Of a stretch of DNA of 64,000 nt, positions 19,784 through 29,908 are shown in pieces. Below the pieces are notes generated by a model. That model ran no database searches. It was not told the origin of the DNA and worked only from the letters and a program-made list of their open reading frames with translations. The translations under genes were made by a program, and so were the position numbers. Where the stretch lies: positions 24,749-88,748 of the IMG/VR virus record IMGVR_UViG_3300042939_001032, one strand, 5' to 3'. Each line of letters opens with the position of its first letter. The stretch's first letter is position 1. This DNA is from a virus. Its lineage: Duplodnaviria > Caudoviricetes.

Positions 19784-20805
19784 TAGAATGCCGGAGAGAA
19801 GTCTTTGCGAGCGGAAGGTATAAGCCCACCCTGAGGATCCGCGTTATCCTCCTCGAAGTTGGGTACCTGGGACGTATCCAGTAGATCACCATTTGACATG
19901 GTGGCGGGGTCGAAGGTGGTGAATCCGTTTAACCGCTCCCCTATCAGTGAGATGGAGAAGACGTTGCTGTCAGCCTGCGGGTTGTCCGGGAACTGACTGA
20001 GGAGCGAGGACGAGTAGGGGGAGTTGACGGCTGTGTCGGAGACGGAGAGCGCCCCCGATGGGTTGTACAGACTCTCCAGTGGGGTGGATGACAGGTACCC
20101 CGTGTAACCATTCACCACGGAGTCTCTCACACTATCCTCCATCGCGGAACCGGTCATGCCTGGGTAGGCCACATCGTTCCAGTAGTCGGTGGGGGTGATA
20201 TAGCCGGTGGGGATGTCGACTCCGCGGTAGTCGTACCCCAACTCCACCGAATTATCCAGATCTACTCTGGAGTTGAGCGGGGGCACCGACAGTTTTGTCT
20301 GGGGGTTATTGGACACCAACCTCGTCATGAGTTTTGCGTCCTCGCCTCTCAAAGGCTCCTCCGTTACCCTGTCGCACACGGCCGAGATGAGCGCATCGGC
20401 CACGGAACCCGCTCCGAACAGACCCTCCACCACGAACCCTACGTAGTCGGAGAGCGAGAGCCCGTAACCCTCCACCGAATCCACGCTACCGAAGAAGGAT
20501 CTTTCCGCCCCGGTTGCCACGCTCTGCCTCCAGTTAGGTCCGTACCTTACATCAACGTAGTCGGTGAACTCCGGGTTGTCAGAGTACTGAGTCTCCAGAG
20601 CGTCCATGATGAGGTCGGTGAGGACCTTTCTCGAGCCGAAGAAACTCTCGAGTACGTCGGACGGTCTCTGCAGGTCCAGGAACCGGGAGGGGGACTGAAA
20701 GTACACCTGGTTCTGCACCTCGCGAAAGTACTCCGGGTCGCCGTAGGCCACCGACGCTAGCCCTCCCAGGGTGCTAAAATTGTCCGTGATGTATCCAGTT
20801 TTCAA
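19783..20805 (-). CDS. Baseplate-associated protein (LysM/gpX-like N-terminus)
   Basis: TLGGLASVAYGDPEYFREV; TTG start; first gene of the baseplate operon. Confidence 0.55.
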   Translation of the reverse strand: MKTGYITDNFSTLGGLASVAYGDPEYFREVQNQVYFQSPSRFLDLQRPSDVLESFFGSRKVLTDLIMDALETQYSDNPEFTDYVDVRYGPNWRQSVATGAERSFFGSVDSVEGYGLSLSDYVGFVVEGLFGAGSVADALISAVCDRVTEEPLRGEDAKLMTRLVSNNPQTKLSVPPLNSRVDLDNSVELGYDYRGVDIPTGYITPTDYWNDVAYPGMTGSAMEDSVRDSVVNGYTGYLSSTPLESLYNPSGALSVSDTAVNSPYSSSLLSQFPDNPQADSNVFSISLIGERLNGFTTFDPATMSNGDLLDTSQVPNFEEDNADPQGGLIPSARKDFSPAF

Positions 20806-20829
20806 GGTTTTACATCCCTCTCTACTATA

Positions 20830-20856
20830 ATTTAAACCGCGAAGGGTAGGTTAAAG
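20830..20856. promoter_or_regulatory. Back-to-back late promoter boxes (GTTTAAAT minus, GGTTAAAG plus)
   Basis: Two motif variants in the 77-nt gap between divergent structural operons. Confidence 0.55.
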
Positions 20857-20882
20857 GTTATCAGACGCATTACCCGCTGTCA

Positions 20883-21446
20883 ATGGCTGAAGCAACGCAC
20901 CAGCAGATCACCACCTCGCTTCCGGGAGAAGAGCCGTTTATCGGCGACCTGGACGAGGGAGAGATCTGCATCAACGTTGCTGACGGAAGAATCTGGTCTG
21001 GGGATTCCATAGGTACCCCGGTGGAGTTAGGTGGGGCTGTGAAGAACCACCCGATGGGTCCTCTTCTCACATCCAACTACCTTGACGTGGATATTACATC
21101 CGCGGACAACCTACCCGTGGCTAACACGAATCCGCTCGATATACCGGTCGGGTTCCACAGAAGCCATCGTATCCTCCTGAGATTCACTCAGATCCCGCTC
21201 GAGAACTTCCAGACTTACTTCGACTACCCGGTGAATTGGGGAGTGGAGTCATCGTGGAAGTTCGGAACGTCCGTTATTACGTGGGGAGGAGACGTTAATC
21301 AGCTGGATTTTACCGCCACCAACCCCGTAGATTTCTATAAAGCCCAAGGAAGAAGGATACTTATAGAGCTCAGTTCCTTCGGCCCCAGTACGGAGTGGAT
21401 CGGAAGACTACTCTGGGTTAGTTCAATCTCAACCCCTCAAGAATAA
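20883..21446 (+). CDS. Tail fibre-associated protein
   Basis: LDEGEICINVADGRIWSGD fibre N-terminal motif; precedes the large fibre gene. Confidence 0.6.
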   Translation: MAEATHQQITTSLPGEEPFIGDLDEGEICINVADGRIWSGDSIGTPVELGGAVKNHPMGPLLTSNYLDVDITSADNLPVANTNPLDIPVGFHRSHRILLRFTQIPLENFQTYFDYPVNWGVESSWKFGTSVITWGGDVNQLDFTATNPVDFYKAQGRRILIELSSFGPSTEWIGRLLWVSSISTPQE

Positions 21447-21457
21447 AGTTTCCCACC

Positions 21458-24400
21458 ATGCTAGACAAGATTCAGTTCCAAAACGGATCGATCGTAACAG
21501 AAGAATATCTCAACGAGGTGCAGAAGGGGACGAGTTTCTCCGCCACGACGGACCGCGCCGACTACTACTCGGAGCCGACGGAGGGCGAGCACAGCGGTTG
21601 GAAGATCGGCCAGCGCGATCGTCTTAAGGACTGGGAGATCGCCGATCCACGTAAGGACAATGAGACCTCCGTCGGTCGTCTAGCTCACGACGGTATCGTT
21701 CTCAACTCCTACGACCCTACCACACTCGAGAAGGTATGGGGCCCACCCGCTCTCGTGGAGACGAGCGCCGGAAGCGGTGTGTACGGCGTGTGGGTCGAGG
21801 CTGGCAGTGTCATCCTCACCGATGGCCTCCCCGTCTCCTGGGGTACGCAGTTCGTGCAACTGCTCAGCGGCCAGGAAGTAAACTATATCTATCTCGACGA
21901 GGAGAGCGCAAGGGGGGACATCACCGCCCTCGCTGAGGTGGGACTGACCATCGGCTCCTCCCTGCCCTCGGCGTCACGCCCCCACGTCCCCCTTGCTAAG
22001 ATCACTCTCAACGCCGACGGAACGTCCCTAGCTACGAACGAGGACGGTAGTGTTGTAGGGGCCGGGTACGTTGATCTACGCCCCAACCTCTACGTTGGTA
22101 ACCTGAACACCTACCCACGCATCCTCCGCAACACCGAGATCAAGAGGGACTCGCTCGTTGCCCAGAGCTGGGAGAGAGTGATCGTCGACACCTCCAACGG
22201 CTCTCTCATCGTATCCCTACCGGAATCCCCCACCGACTCCGACCGGATCGCCATCGTCGACATCTCCGGGACTTTCGACAGATTCCCCGTGGTCATCAGG
22301 CCCGGTGACGGAACCAAGATCTCCAACTCCGTCGATGACTGGATCATCAATATCCGCGACGCTCACGTCGACCTCTTCTACCACGCTGCCACCATGGAGT
22401 GGAAGTTTGAGGAGACCCCCGGCGGCGAATGCACACCCATACTGGGAAGCTTCCTGAGCTGCGGTGGGCGTGAGTTCATCGGCCAGAGACTACCCAGTGA
22501 GTGCGTGGACGGGCAGATCATCCCTCCCGTATACCCCAACGCACCGGACGGGGTCTACCGTTACGAACCCTCCACCTCCAAGTGCTACAAGGAATTCTAC
22601 TCGAGCGTGGCGGTGTACGCCGACGGTCAGGGCGGACTCATCAAGGTACAGGACGCTCCACGTTGCAACAGACTGGGGCGCTCGGCTGACCCGACCGTAA
22701 AGAATATCATCTACGTCGACCCGGCTACCGGCGACGATTCCATCTCTAATAACGGATTCGACAACAACGTTCCGTTCCGTTCCATCGAGCGAGCTATCAT
22801 CGAGGCCGTGCGGGAGAGCCGCAGAGCCGGTCAGTACAACGACCGCTACGACAAAGTTGTCATCGAGTTGGCTCCAGGCGACTACTACGTGGACAACAGC
22901 CCGGGATCCGGAAGCGTTCCCGGCCTGACCGCGGCCGAAGGCCTCATCCAGCGTGTCCCATCGGGCTTCGACATCCTGAACGTGGAGAAGCTCGACCGAG
23001 CCACAGTCATCCAGGTAGATTCACTCAGTCCGTCCCAGAGCCAACCTCCCAGGGTCTTCAACCTCGGAAGGATCCTGTACTCCCAGAGCGGTGGCGTCGG
23101 TAATATCGCCAAGGTGGAGAAGGAGAGTCTCAACTCATCGATCTGGAAGATCACGCTCGAGTACGTTCGCGGTAACTTCTCCCAGAACGACCAACTCTAC
23201 TACGACGGACTGTCACTCATAAACCCGACCGGTGGTGGTCTGATCGTACCCCGCGGTGTTTCCATCAACGGTGTCGACCTGCGTAAGGTGCGCGTTCGCC
23301 CGATGTACGTGCCCGAACTCAACCCGGTGCAGAGCGAACCGCAGAGGGAGAAGACGGGGATCTTTAAGGTTACGGGTGGTAGCTACATCTCCCTGATCAC
23401 CTTCACCGACAACCCTCAGATCTCCAGAAGCCACAATACCGTGGAGTCGGTAGGATTCGCGTCCCAGGCTGAGATGTTCGGAACATCGTCGGAGACCTCC
23501 TACTACTCGAAGATTAACAGTCTCTTCGGTCAGTACGATAACTGGGGCGCGGAGGGTCTTGAGGCCATACAGGCGGAGACGACTATCGTAGCACCGATCT
23601 ACGACTCCAAGAACCTGAGGCAGACCGACTCCGAGGAGAACCAGACCGGTATCCCTGGAGGCGACTCGCGCACCAACGCTCCGGTGGCCTACCCAGGAGC
23701 CACAAGGATCAGAAATCAGTCCTCCAGCGACCAGAGAATCTTCGATCTCCCGGACATCAACTCCACAAGATCGTCGTCTCCGTACGTATTCAACTGCTCC
23801 GTGAGATCCATCTTCGGTCTCAACGGTCTCCACGCCGACGGGGCCCTGGTCGCAGGATTCAAGTCGATGGTGACGGCTAACTTCACCCAGGTGTCACTGC
23901 AGACCGACCCGACTTGCTTCACCGAGGAATCCTACTACCTGGACCCTCCGACAAACAAGGATCAGGGAACAGGCAAGCAGTACAAGCCCTGCCCAGCCGA
24001 CCCACTTAAGTACCGCCACTTTGGCTTCAAAGGTAGTAATAACGCCACCATCCAGATCGTTAGTTGCTTTGTTATCGGTAACGCGGATCACTTCGTGTCT
24101 ATCGGTGGCGCCGATCTATCGATCACTAACTCCTGCTCGGACTTTGGTGACGTATCGCTGAGATCCATAGGTTACAAGACCAAGTCATTTAGCCAGGACG
24201 AGGGCGTATCTTCGGGCAACTACGGTGGGACCAGGATCTCCGAGATCATCGCGCCCAAACCGCTATCCTATACTCCACTACTGGGCGGGGGATCGCCCAC
24301 TCTCGTGGACACGGAGATCAACACCGGCCTGGTATTCGACTACGACAAAACCAAGCAGTGGTACGTATCGAACTCCTCCGACGGAGTCGGTCCTAGTGTA

Positions 24401-27088
24401 ATCAGGATCTACTTCAATAACTCCAACTCGAAGGCCCCGTTTGGAGCCACCGGTTCCGTTCCGACCGCCTCCTCTATGGGATCCGGTCAGTTCACCTACA
24501 CAAGGAAGAAATCGGACGGGACGTACATGCTCTCTGGCGGAGCGGCCAGAGCCAACAGAAAGAGAATCTACTTCAAAGGCTTCGACTCAGATGGCAACTC
24601 CGTCCTGTACGCTGGTGACATCAAACTGGTAACAGCTACAACCTCACCGGGCTTCTCTGTACTGAATGACTCCTCCAAGATCTTCGTGTGGGATCAGCAG
24701 AGATCGTGCTGGTACGTTGAGGTCACTACAGCTAACGTTGTCGAGGAGGCCACGGACACCGACGGTGATGGTTACCTGCTCAAGAGGGTGGACTTTGCCT
24801 TCAAGTACAAGATCCTAACCTCGCCCAACACCACCGAGACTTTCCTCGCCAGTCAGGACTACGTCTACAAGAAGTCCCCTCTGACCATAGTGAGAGGCGT
24901 GGATAGAAGAAGAGCCGATGACCGCGTATACCGCGTGGTTCTGGAAGGGTTTGTCAAGAGCAACGGTCTGAGAAGACCACAGAACTTCTACATCCTTGAG
25001 AAGCAACTCGGTGTGAGTGGTTACCCACTTAACGGTTCCTCCACCCTCTCCGAGGATCCCCTGACGATCGCTCAGATCCGCGACTACGACGAGGTATTCG
25101 ATCCCGAAGCTTACAAAGCAAGAAGGCTGAGTAAGGGTGAGTCCGATGGCAGATTTGTCTGCTACATGACTCAGGCCTCGCAGGCTCGCAGAGTTGCGGC
25201 CGGCGAGATCTACCCCTCACTGGACTTCGACGAACCCGAACTGACCTCCGACCCTCTGGACTCCTTCACCCGTGTAGCCGCGGCGGAGTTTGCCAATAGG
25301 CCCGGAGTGCACCTCTCCACGTCCTTGGAGCCTAACGTCAACCCGATAGTACTCAAAGTACGCTCGAGTTCCTCCGTCTCCGGCATCCCAATCGGTCTTC
25401 GCAGACCGTCCGTGATCAGAGCCTCAGGCCACACGTGGGAGTGGACTGGGTACCTGAACTACGACACAGCCTTCCCAACCTTCCAGGGAGATCCCCTGGA
25501 GCAGGACTTTGCCCTCGGCAAGATCATCGTGGAGGACATGGGTGGTAAGGTTTACGCCACCGGAATGAACGAGGAGGGTAGTTTCTACATCGGTACCACC
25601 GTCTTCGATCTGAGAACCGGCGAGCAGTTCGCTATCCCTCTGGAGGCGGATAACGAGCCTGGAACCGTTACCAACCAGATCTTGAATAATGTGCTCGTGA
25701 AGGAGAGCCTAGCGCTAACAGACGGTGCTACGATGTTCTTCGGCAACGACACTGCTATCTACTTTGGCCCCTCCACCACATTTAACACGACCTCCGGTCC
25801 CATAACCGCTAACCAGAGTCCCCTCCCCGAGGTGTACGCTAGCACGGAGAAAGCCGGACTAGTGCAGTTGGCTGATGAGTCTGTTATCAGAGGCTCCAGG
25901 GGTTCCACCAATAGCCAGGGCGTAGCCGCCAAGGCCGTGGTAACGGCCGCTGACCTCTCTAGAGAACTAAACGTAAGATTCGACAATGCCGTCGTCGCGG
26001 GTACCGGAATAGAGGTTCAGTCCGTAGTCCAGAACCCGGAAGATGGTGACCCACTAGACCCGACGGACGACGTAACCAAGTTCCTGGTATCGGCCAAGGT
26101 GGCCTCCAGCACCCAGCAAGGTATAATCGAGATCGCCACGGCCGAGGAGGTACGGGAATTCGCCTCAGCCACGCTCGCGGTAACGCCAGCGACGCTGGTC
26201 CAGGCCCTGGGAGACTCCGTCAAGAACGTTGTGAACCTGAGACTGAGTCTCAGCCCCACGTCCCCCGTCCCCGACTCGGATCAGAGTGGCACGAGCATCT
26301 TCGTCCATCCGTGGAATGGTAACGAGATCGCTCTGTACGAGCCCGCTGGAACATACCCGAGATGGTACGTTCTCAAGTTCGATGCTGACACGGTGCCGGA
26401 GTTCCCGTTAGCAGGACTCGGCGCCAATACGGTCTACGACGTGTACCTGTGGAACTCGGGGACTATAAGCCAGCCCGTGCTGGCCATGGACTTCTCGGCG
26501 TGGCCCACCGCCCTAACCCCTCCTGGCAGGGGGAAAAAGGATGGTATCCAGCACAAGCTAGGGGATGTTAGAAAGAGATTCGTGGGAGTTCTTCGTACCA
26601 CGGCGTCGGGGCAGAGTCAGATCTCCCTGGGCGGGGTGTACGGCGCTGGTTCCGGCGATTTCCCCAAGATGTACCTCGCCAATCTTTACAATCCCTACGA
26701 TGCACGAGCCGTCTTCTTCTTCGGAACTCCTTGGAATCAACCTGCGGGCGATTGGTCGGTTCCTCCGGGTTACGCTGCTGCTCCAAGAGTTAGTTTTGTG
26801 CAGGCAAGTAACACTCTCGTTATAGCATTCCTGGATCTTTATAGTAATCCGGCCGTTAGCGAACCGGGCGCAACCGTATGTTACGTAGGCCCCGGCATTA
26901 ACTCAACCACGGCTCCGCCTGACGCGTTCTACGGAGAAGGTGGTGGATTTAACCAAACATCAGGCAGTCAATGGGCGCGAAGCTTGAGCAGCGGTTTAAA
27001 TGAAATTTACTACCTTTACAAGCAGGGTGGTTCTAACCTTATTAACGAGCACCCAGCTCATGGTATAATAGTGATTGCCAAGATCTGA
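21458..27088 (+). CDS. Large tail fibre protein (1876 aa)
   Basis: gp34-like VDTSNGSLIVSLPESP..DRIAIVD; IYVDPATGDD..PFRSIERA beta-helix lead-in; IRASGHTWEWTGY; repeats ASTEKAGLVQLA and ASSTQQGIIEIAT. Confidence 0.85.
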   Translation: MLDKIQFQNGSIVTEEYLNEVQKGTSFSATTDRADYYSEPTEGEHSGWKIGQRDRLKDWEIADPRKDNETSVGRLAHDGIVLNSYDPTTLEKVWGPPALVETSAGSGVYGVWVEAGSVILTDGLPVSWGTQFVQLLSGQEVNYIYLDEESARGDITALAEVGLTIGSSLPSASRPHVPLAKITLNADGTSLATNEDGSVVGAGYVDLRPNLYVGNLNTYPRILRNTEIKRDSLVAQSWERVIVDTSNGSLIVSLPESPTDSDRIAIVDISGTFDRFPVVIRPGDGTKISNSVDDWIINIRDAHVDLFYHAATMEWKFEETPGGECTPILGSFLSCGGREFIGQRLPSECVDGQIIPPVYPNAPDGVYRYEPSTSKCYKEFYSSVAVYADGQGGLIKVQDAPRCNRLGRSADPTVKNIIYVDPATGDDSISNNGFDNNVPFRSIERAIIEAVRESRRAGQYNDRYDKVVIELAPGDYYVDNSPGSGSVPGLTAAEGLIQRVPSGFDILNVEKLDRATVIQVDSLSPSQSQPPRVFNLGRILYSQSGGVGNIAKVEKESLNSSIWKITLEYVRGNFSQNDQLYYDGLSLINPTGGGLIVPRGVSINGVDLRKVRVRPMYVPELNPVQSEPQREKTGIFKVTGGSYISLITFTDNPQISRSHNTVESVGFASQAEMFGTSSETSYYSKINSLFGQYDNWGAEGLEAIQAETTIVAPIYDSKNLRQTDSEENQTGIPGGDSRTNAPVAYPGATRIRNQSSSDQRIFDLPDINSTRSSSPYVFNCSVRSIFGLNGLHADGALVAGFKSMVTANFTQVSLQTDPTCFTEESYYLDPPTNKDQGTGKQYKPCPADPLKYRHFGFKGSNNATIQIVSCFVIGNADHFVSIGGADLSITNSCSDFGDVSLRSIGYKTKSFSQDEGVSSGNYGGTRISEIIAPKPLSYTPLLGGGSPTLVDTEINTGLVFDYDKTKQWYVSNSSDGVGPSVIRIYFNNSNSKAPFGATGSVPTASSMGSGQFTYTRKKSDGTYMLSGGAARANRKRIYFKGFDSDGNSVLYAGDIKLVTATTSPGFSVLNDSSKIFVWDQQRSCWYVEVTTANVVEEATDTDGDGYLLKRVDFAFKYKILTSPNTTETFLASQDYVYKKSPLTIVRGVDRRRADDRVYRVVLEGFVKSNGLRRPQNFYILEKQLGVSGYPLNGSSTLSEDPLTIAQIRDYDEVFDPEAYKARRLSKGESDGRFVCYMTQASQARRVAAGEIYPSLDFDEPELTSDPLDSFTRVAAAEFANRPGVHLSTSLEPNVNPIVLKVRSSSSVSGIPIGLRRPSVIRASGHTWEWTGYLNYDTAFPTFQGDPLEQDFALGKIIVEDMGGKVYATGMNEEGSFYIGTTVFDLRTGEQFAIPLEADNEPGTVTNQILNNVLVKESLALTDGATMFFGNDTAIYFGPSTTFNTTSGPITANQSPLPEVYASTEKAGLVQLADESVIRGSRGSTNSQGVAAKAVVTAADLSRELNVRFDNAVVAGTGIEVQSVVQNPEDGDPLDPTDDVTKFLVSAKVASSTQQGIIEIATAEEVREFASATLAVTPATLVQALGDSVKNVVNLRLSLSPTSPVPDSDQSGTSIFVHPWNGNEIALYEPAGTYPRWYVLKFDADTVPEFPLAGLGANTVYDVYLWNSGTISQPVLAMDFSAWPTALTPPGRGKKDGIQHKLGDVRKRFVGVLRTTASGQSQISLGGVYGAGSGDFPKMYLANLYNPYDARAVFFFGTPWNQPAGDWSVPPGYAAAPRVSFVQASNTLVIAFLDLYSNPAVSEPGATVCYVGPGINSTTAPPDAFYGEGGGFNQTSGSQWARSLSSGLNEIYYLYKQGGSNLINEHPAHGIIVIAKI

Positions 27089-27093
27089 TTTAC

Positions 27094-27417
27094 ATGATCA
27101 GCTTCTCTAGATCCGCCTCCGGCAAGAGGGCTAGAGCGCCGCGTTGGTGGGGGAGGATGGTGGACCTGCTTCCATCCTTTTCCGCGCCGTGGCTCGAGCC
27201 ACACGCGTGGACGGAGGACTTAGCTAAGAAGTGGGTGGATTCCATCCCCTCAAAATGCCCTTTCGAGCGCCAAGTGTGGTGGGGAGATACACTGCTGCTT
27301 TACGTCCCGCCACTCTGCCCACTCAATCCCCTATCCTCCCAGCTCTACTCCATCAGACTCGAGGCCCAGACCTACCTCGCTACCCTCCAATCCGGCCGTA
27401 GCCAGTTTAAAGACTAA
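27094..27417 (+). CDS. Mo-dependent nitrogenase C-terminal domain-like protein (cyanobacterial family)
   Basis: IPSKCPFER...VPPLCPLNPL..QL..IRLEA..YLA matches the family pattern IPxxCPFER..IPPLCKLNPLY. Confidence 0.8.
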   Translation: MISFSRSASGKRARAPRWWGRMVDLLPSFSAPWLEPHAWTEDLAKKWVDSIPSKCPFERQVWWGDTLLLYVPPLCPLNPLSSQLYSIRLEAQTYLATLQSGRSQFKD

Positions 27418-27449
27418 CATACAGCGACTACCCCAATGCGGGGTTTTCG

Positions 27450-27458
27450 TGGTATAAT
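27450..27458 (+). promoter_or_regulatory. Extended -10 promoter
   Basis: TGGTATAAT upstream of the SSB-like gene; GTTTAAAG also at 27405-27412. Confidence 0.6.
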
Positions 27459-27518
27459 ACTAGAGAGTCGAAGAGAGAAACTTCACTCCCAAGAGACACC
27501 TACACAGTGAGAACCACA

Positions 27519-28457
27519 ATGTCCACAGCTACATTTTCCGTCACGACCATTGACCTGAGCACCAACGCTCCGCAGCTTGCCCCCCTCAGTGGCCGGGAAT
27601 ACACCTCCGAGTACACCTCGCTCCCCAACGCTAACCTGCCTAAGGCGATGCGTAAGGACCTGGACACCGTCTTCCAGTTCCTGACCGGCGAGGAACTCCC
27701 CCTCGACGAGAACACCTTCCTCATCAAGTCCCGCGACGGCGTCTACTTCCGCCTCTTCGGTCCTGTGCTTAAGGCCGGTGCTGAGGGCGTCGAAGCCACC
27801 GAGGATGGCAAGCTCTACATCCAGTGGGGCCCGCGCTACCTTCCTCTGAACGTGGTTAAGGGTGGTTTTACCAAGCCCGACGGTACCGAGATCGAGGCCG
27901 AGTTCGGCTCCTACAACTTCTCCGGCCGTGGAGAGGACCCCGCTCTGTTCCTGAGCGTCGACACCGAGGATGGCCAACTCGTACTGCCGGTGGCCGTTCG
28001 CTTCAGCGACTGGGAGAATCCCACCGAACCCAAGGCTCTCAACGCCCTCCTGAAGAAGAAGCCCGACGACGTCATCGCCCTGGTGCAGAAAGTCACCGTG
28101 AAGGGTGGTGGATCGGGTGGGGCCCGCGTCGAGGCCGATAGCGAGATCGACTTCCGCGACCTGGATGTGAACGTCCCCTACGAGGTGATCAACTACTACC
28201 AGTGCAAGACCTCGTACGGTCTGACCTACCGCATCATGATCAACAACTACCCCGCAGAGGGTCAGGTTGCTGGTGCATGGGCCCACTCCTCCATCCGTCC
28301 GCTCCTCTCCACTAAGCCCGAGATCACTCGCGAGAAACCCGCGACGCTGACCCTGCGCTCCAAGGAGGAACTGGAGAACAACAAGATCCGGATTCGCTCC
28401 ACTCTGCTGCTCTCCCGCCAGGAAGCTTCCGACGAAGACCTCAACCTGGACTTCTGA
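27519..28457 (+). CDS. Probable single-stranded DNA-binding protein
   Basis: Beta-rich, acidic tail ending in an aromatic residue (EASDEDLNLDF); strong codon bias; own promoter and terminator. Confidence 0.5.
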   Translation: MSTATFSVTTIDLSTNAPQLAPLSGREYTSEYTSLPNANLPKAMRKDLDTVFQFLTGEELPLDENTFLIKSRDGVYFRLFGPVLKAGAEGVEATEDGKLYIQWGPRYLPLNVVKGGFTKPDGTEIEAEFGSYNFSGRGEDPALFLSVDTEDGQLVLPVAVRFSDWENPTEPKALNALLKKKPDDVIALVQKVTVKGGGSGGARVEADSEIDFRDLDVNVPYEVINYYQCKTSYGLTYRIMINNYPAEGQVAGAWAHSSIRPLLSTKPEITREKPATLTLRSKEELENNKIRIRSTLLLSRQEASDEDLNLDF

Positions 28458-28481
28458 CCCGCTCACGGGCATAGAACCACT

Positions 28482-28516
28482 ACTCCCCCGGCTTCGGCTA
28501 GGGGAGTTTTTCTTTT
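28482..28516 (+). terminator. Intrinsic terminator
   Basis: ACTCCCC-CGGC-TTCG-GCTA-GGGGAGT followed by TTTTCTTTT. Confidence 0.85.
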
Positions 28517-28518
28517 GG

Positions 28519-28526
28519 GTTTAAAG
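28519..28526 (+). promoter_or_regulatory. GTTTAAAG late-promoter box
   Basis: Exact motif 25 nt upstream of ATG 28552. Confidence 0.6.
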
Positions 28527-28551
28527 ATCTAACACGGTACTTAATCTCTCA

Positions 28552-29106
28552 ATGGATCACGAACTTCATATCCCCGAGGGCTGGGTCGCGGCGAATTACG
28601 CCGAGCCCGGATCCGACACGGGGAAGACCAACAAAAACCTGGGGTTAGTCGAGCCGGGTCCTCAGACCGGCGAGGATGACTACCACTCCAAGTACGTTGA
28701 TCCTGAGGGAAAATTCGGAGCCACCAGTGTGGGAGGAGGAGAACCCTCATCCTACGAGGGTCCCCACGACAAAGACCTGAATCCAGAAGGCAAGGCGGGA
28801 TACGACGTGGGGCAGCTCCATGTCGCTCCCGGCGAGATCGTTGTGGAGCAGGGTGTGCAGCACAGACGTCCCTACTACCTCGTCACCCACCCCGACGAGG
28901 AGTACTTCTACTCCGTGGTTCCTAAAGTGAAAAGTACTTCTGAGGAGTACCGTAGTCCGAGGAAGAGAACCCGCTCCGAGGCGCTAGAGATGGCGTACAA
29001 GGTGCTCAATGCCACTCTCCCCGAGTCCGTCTCTGACCAGATGCACTACACCTACCCAGAGACCGAGATCGTGGTCAAGTCCACGGCCGGCCAGCAGCAT
29101 ATGTGA
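28552..29106 (+). CDS. Hypothetical protein with N-terminal IPEGW tag
   Basis: MDHELHIPEGWVAANYAE leader. Confidence 0.7.
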   Translation: MDHELHIPEGWVAANYAEPGSDTGKTNKNLGLVEPGPQTGEDDYHSKYVDPEGKFGATSVGGGEPSSYEGPHDKDLNPEGKAGYDVGQLHVAPGEIVVEQGVQHRRPYYLVTHPDEEYFYSVVPKVKSTSEEYRSPRKRTRSEALEMAYKVLNATLPESVSDQMHYTYPETEIVVKSTAGQQHM

Positions 29107-29170
29107 CCACCACCAACCCGCCATGGGATCCCATCCGTGGTAGAATGGTGGTAATCAGACGCCAACCGTA

Positions 29171-29908
29171 GTGCAGAACGTCCTGCTGATCTCCGACATC
29201 CACTCCCGCGACGACGCGCTGGAGCGCCTCCTGGACCGGCTCTCAAAGCCACTCAGCCAGGGCGCCCATCTTGTCTTCCTGGGGGATCTGTCGGACTGCA
29301 GGGATAAATTGTACAGGCCGAAGTGCTCCTTTCTAAAGGTCTACCGTCTCGTGCGGCAGCTTTGCGACGAGGGTTACGCTACCCTCCTCCACTCCAATCA
29401 CGCTCAGAACCTAACCGATCTGTTTCTTGAGAGGAGGGATGTTCGCAAGAGCATAGCGGGCTTCAAAAATACTATAGATGAAATCCGGACTTTGGACGAA
29501 CCTACTCGGGACGAACTGATCCTGTGGTTGGATTCAAGGCCTTTAACATTTACTTATAATTCCGGCAACGGAAAAACATACAAAGCCGCTCACGCCTTCT
29601 ACCAGAAGGATTTTGAGGCGAAGTACTCCGAGGGTGGGCTCACACCCACGGAGATCAACTCCACCCTACGCGGTCGCGAGTCATCGTGGCTGTGGCAGGG
29701 TAAAAAGATAACCAAGCGCACGGGGTTCTGGCGCAACCCACAACGGTGGGGTGCCACTGGCACCGACGTACTCTGCTCGGGGCACTGGGCCAGGGTTCTT
29801 GTCGAGGACAATTGCGTTGTGAACGACCCCGGCGGGGACGCCACCGACGGAACTCTAGGAGTATTCGACTGCGATAACCACAACCTCACCATCCACGAAA
29901 ACAAATGA
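29171..29908 (+). CDS. Calcineurin-like metallophosphoesterase
   Basis: SDIH, GDLSD, SNH, AH, GHW; TGGTAGAAT promoter at 29138-29146. Confidence 0.9.
   Translation: MQNVLLISDIHSRDDALERLLDRLSKPLSQGAHLVFLGDLSDCRDKLYRPKCSFLKVYRLVRQLCDEGYATLLHSNHAQNLTDLFLERRDVRKSIAGFKNTIDEIRTLDEPTRDELILWLDSRPLTFTYNSGNGKTYKAAHAFYQKDFEAKYSEGGLTPTEINSTLRGRESSWLWQGKKITKRTGFWRNPQRWGATGTDVLCSGHWARVLVEDNCVVNDPGGDATDGTLGVFDCDNHNLTIHENK

Noticed and set aside
27094-27417. Evidence for phage nitrogen fixation
   Set aside because: The domain name is historical, and no nif catalytic genes are present in the window.
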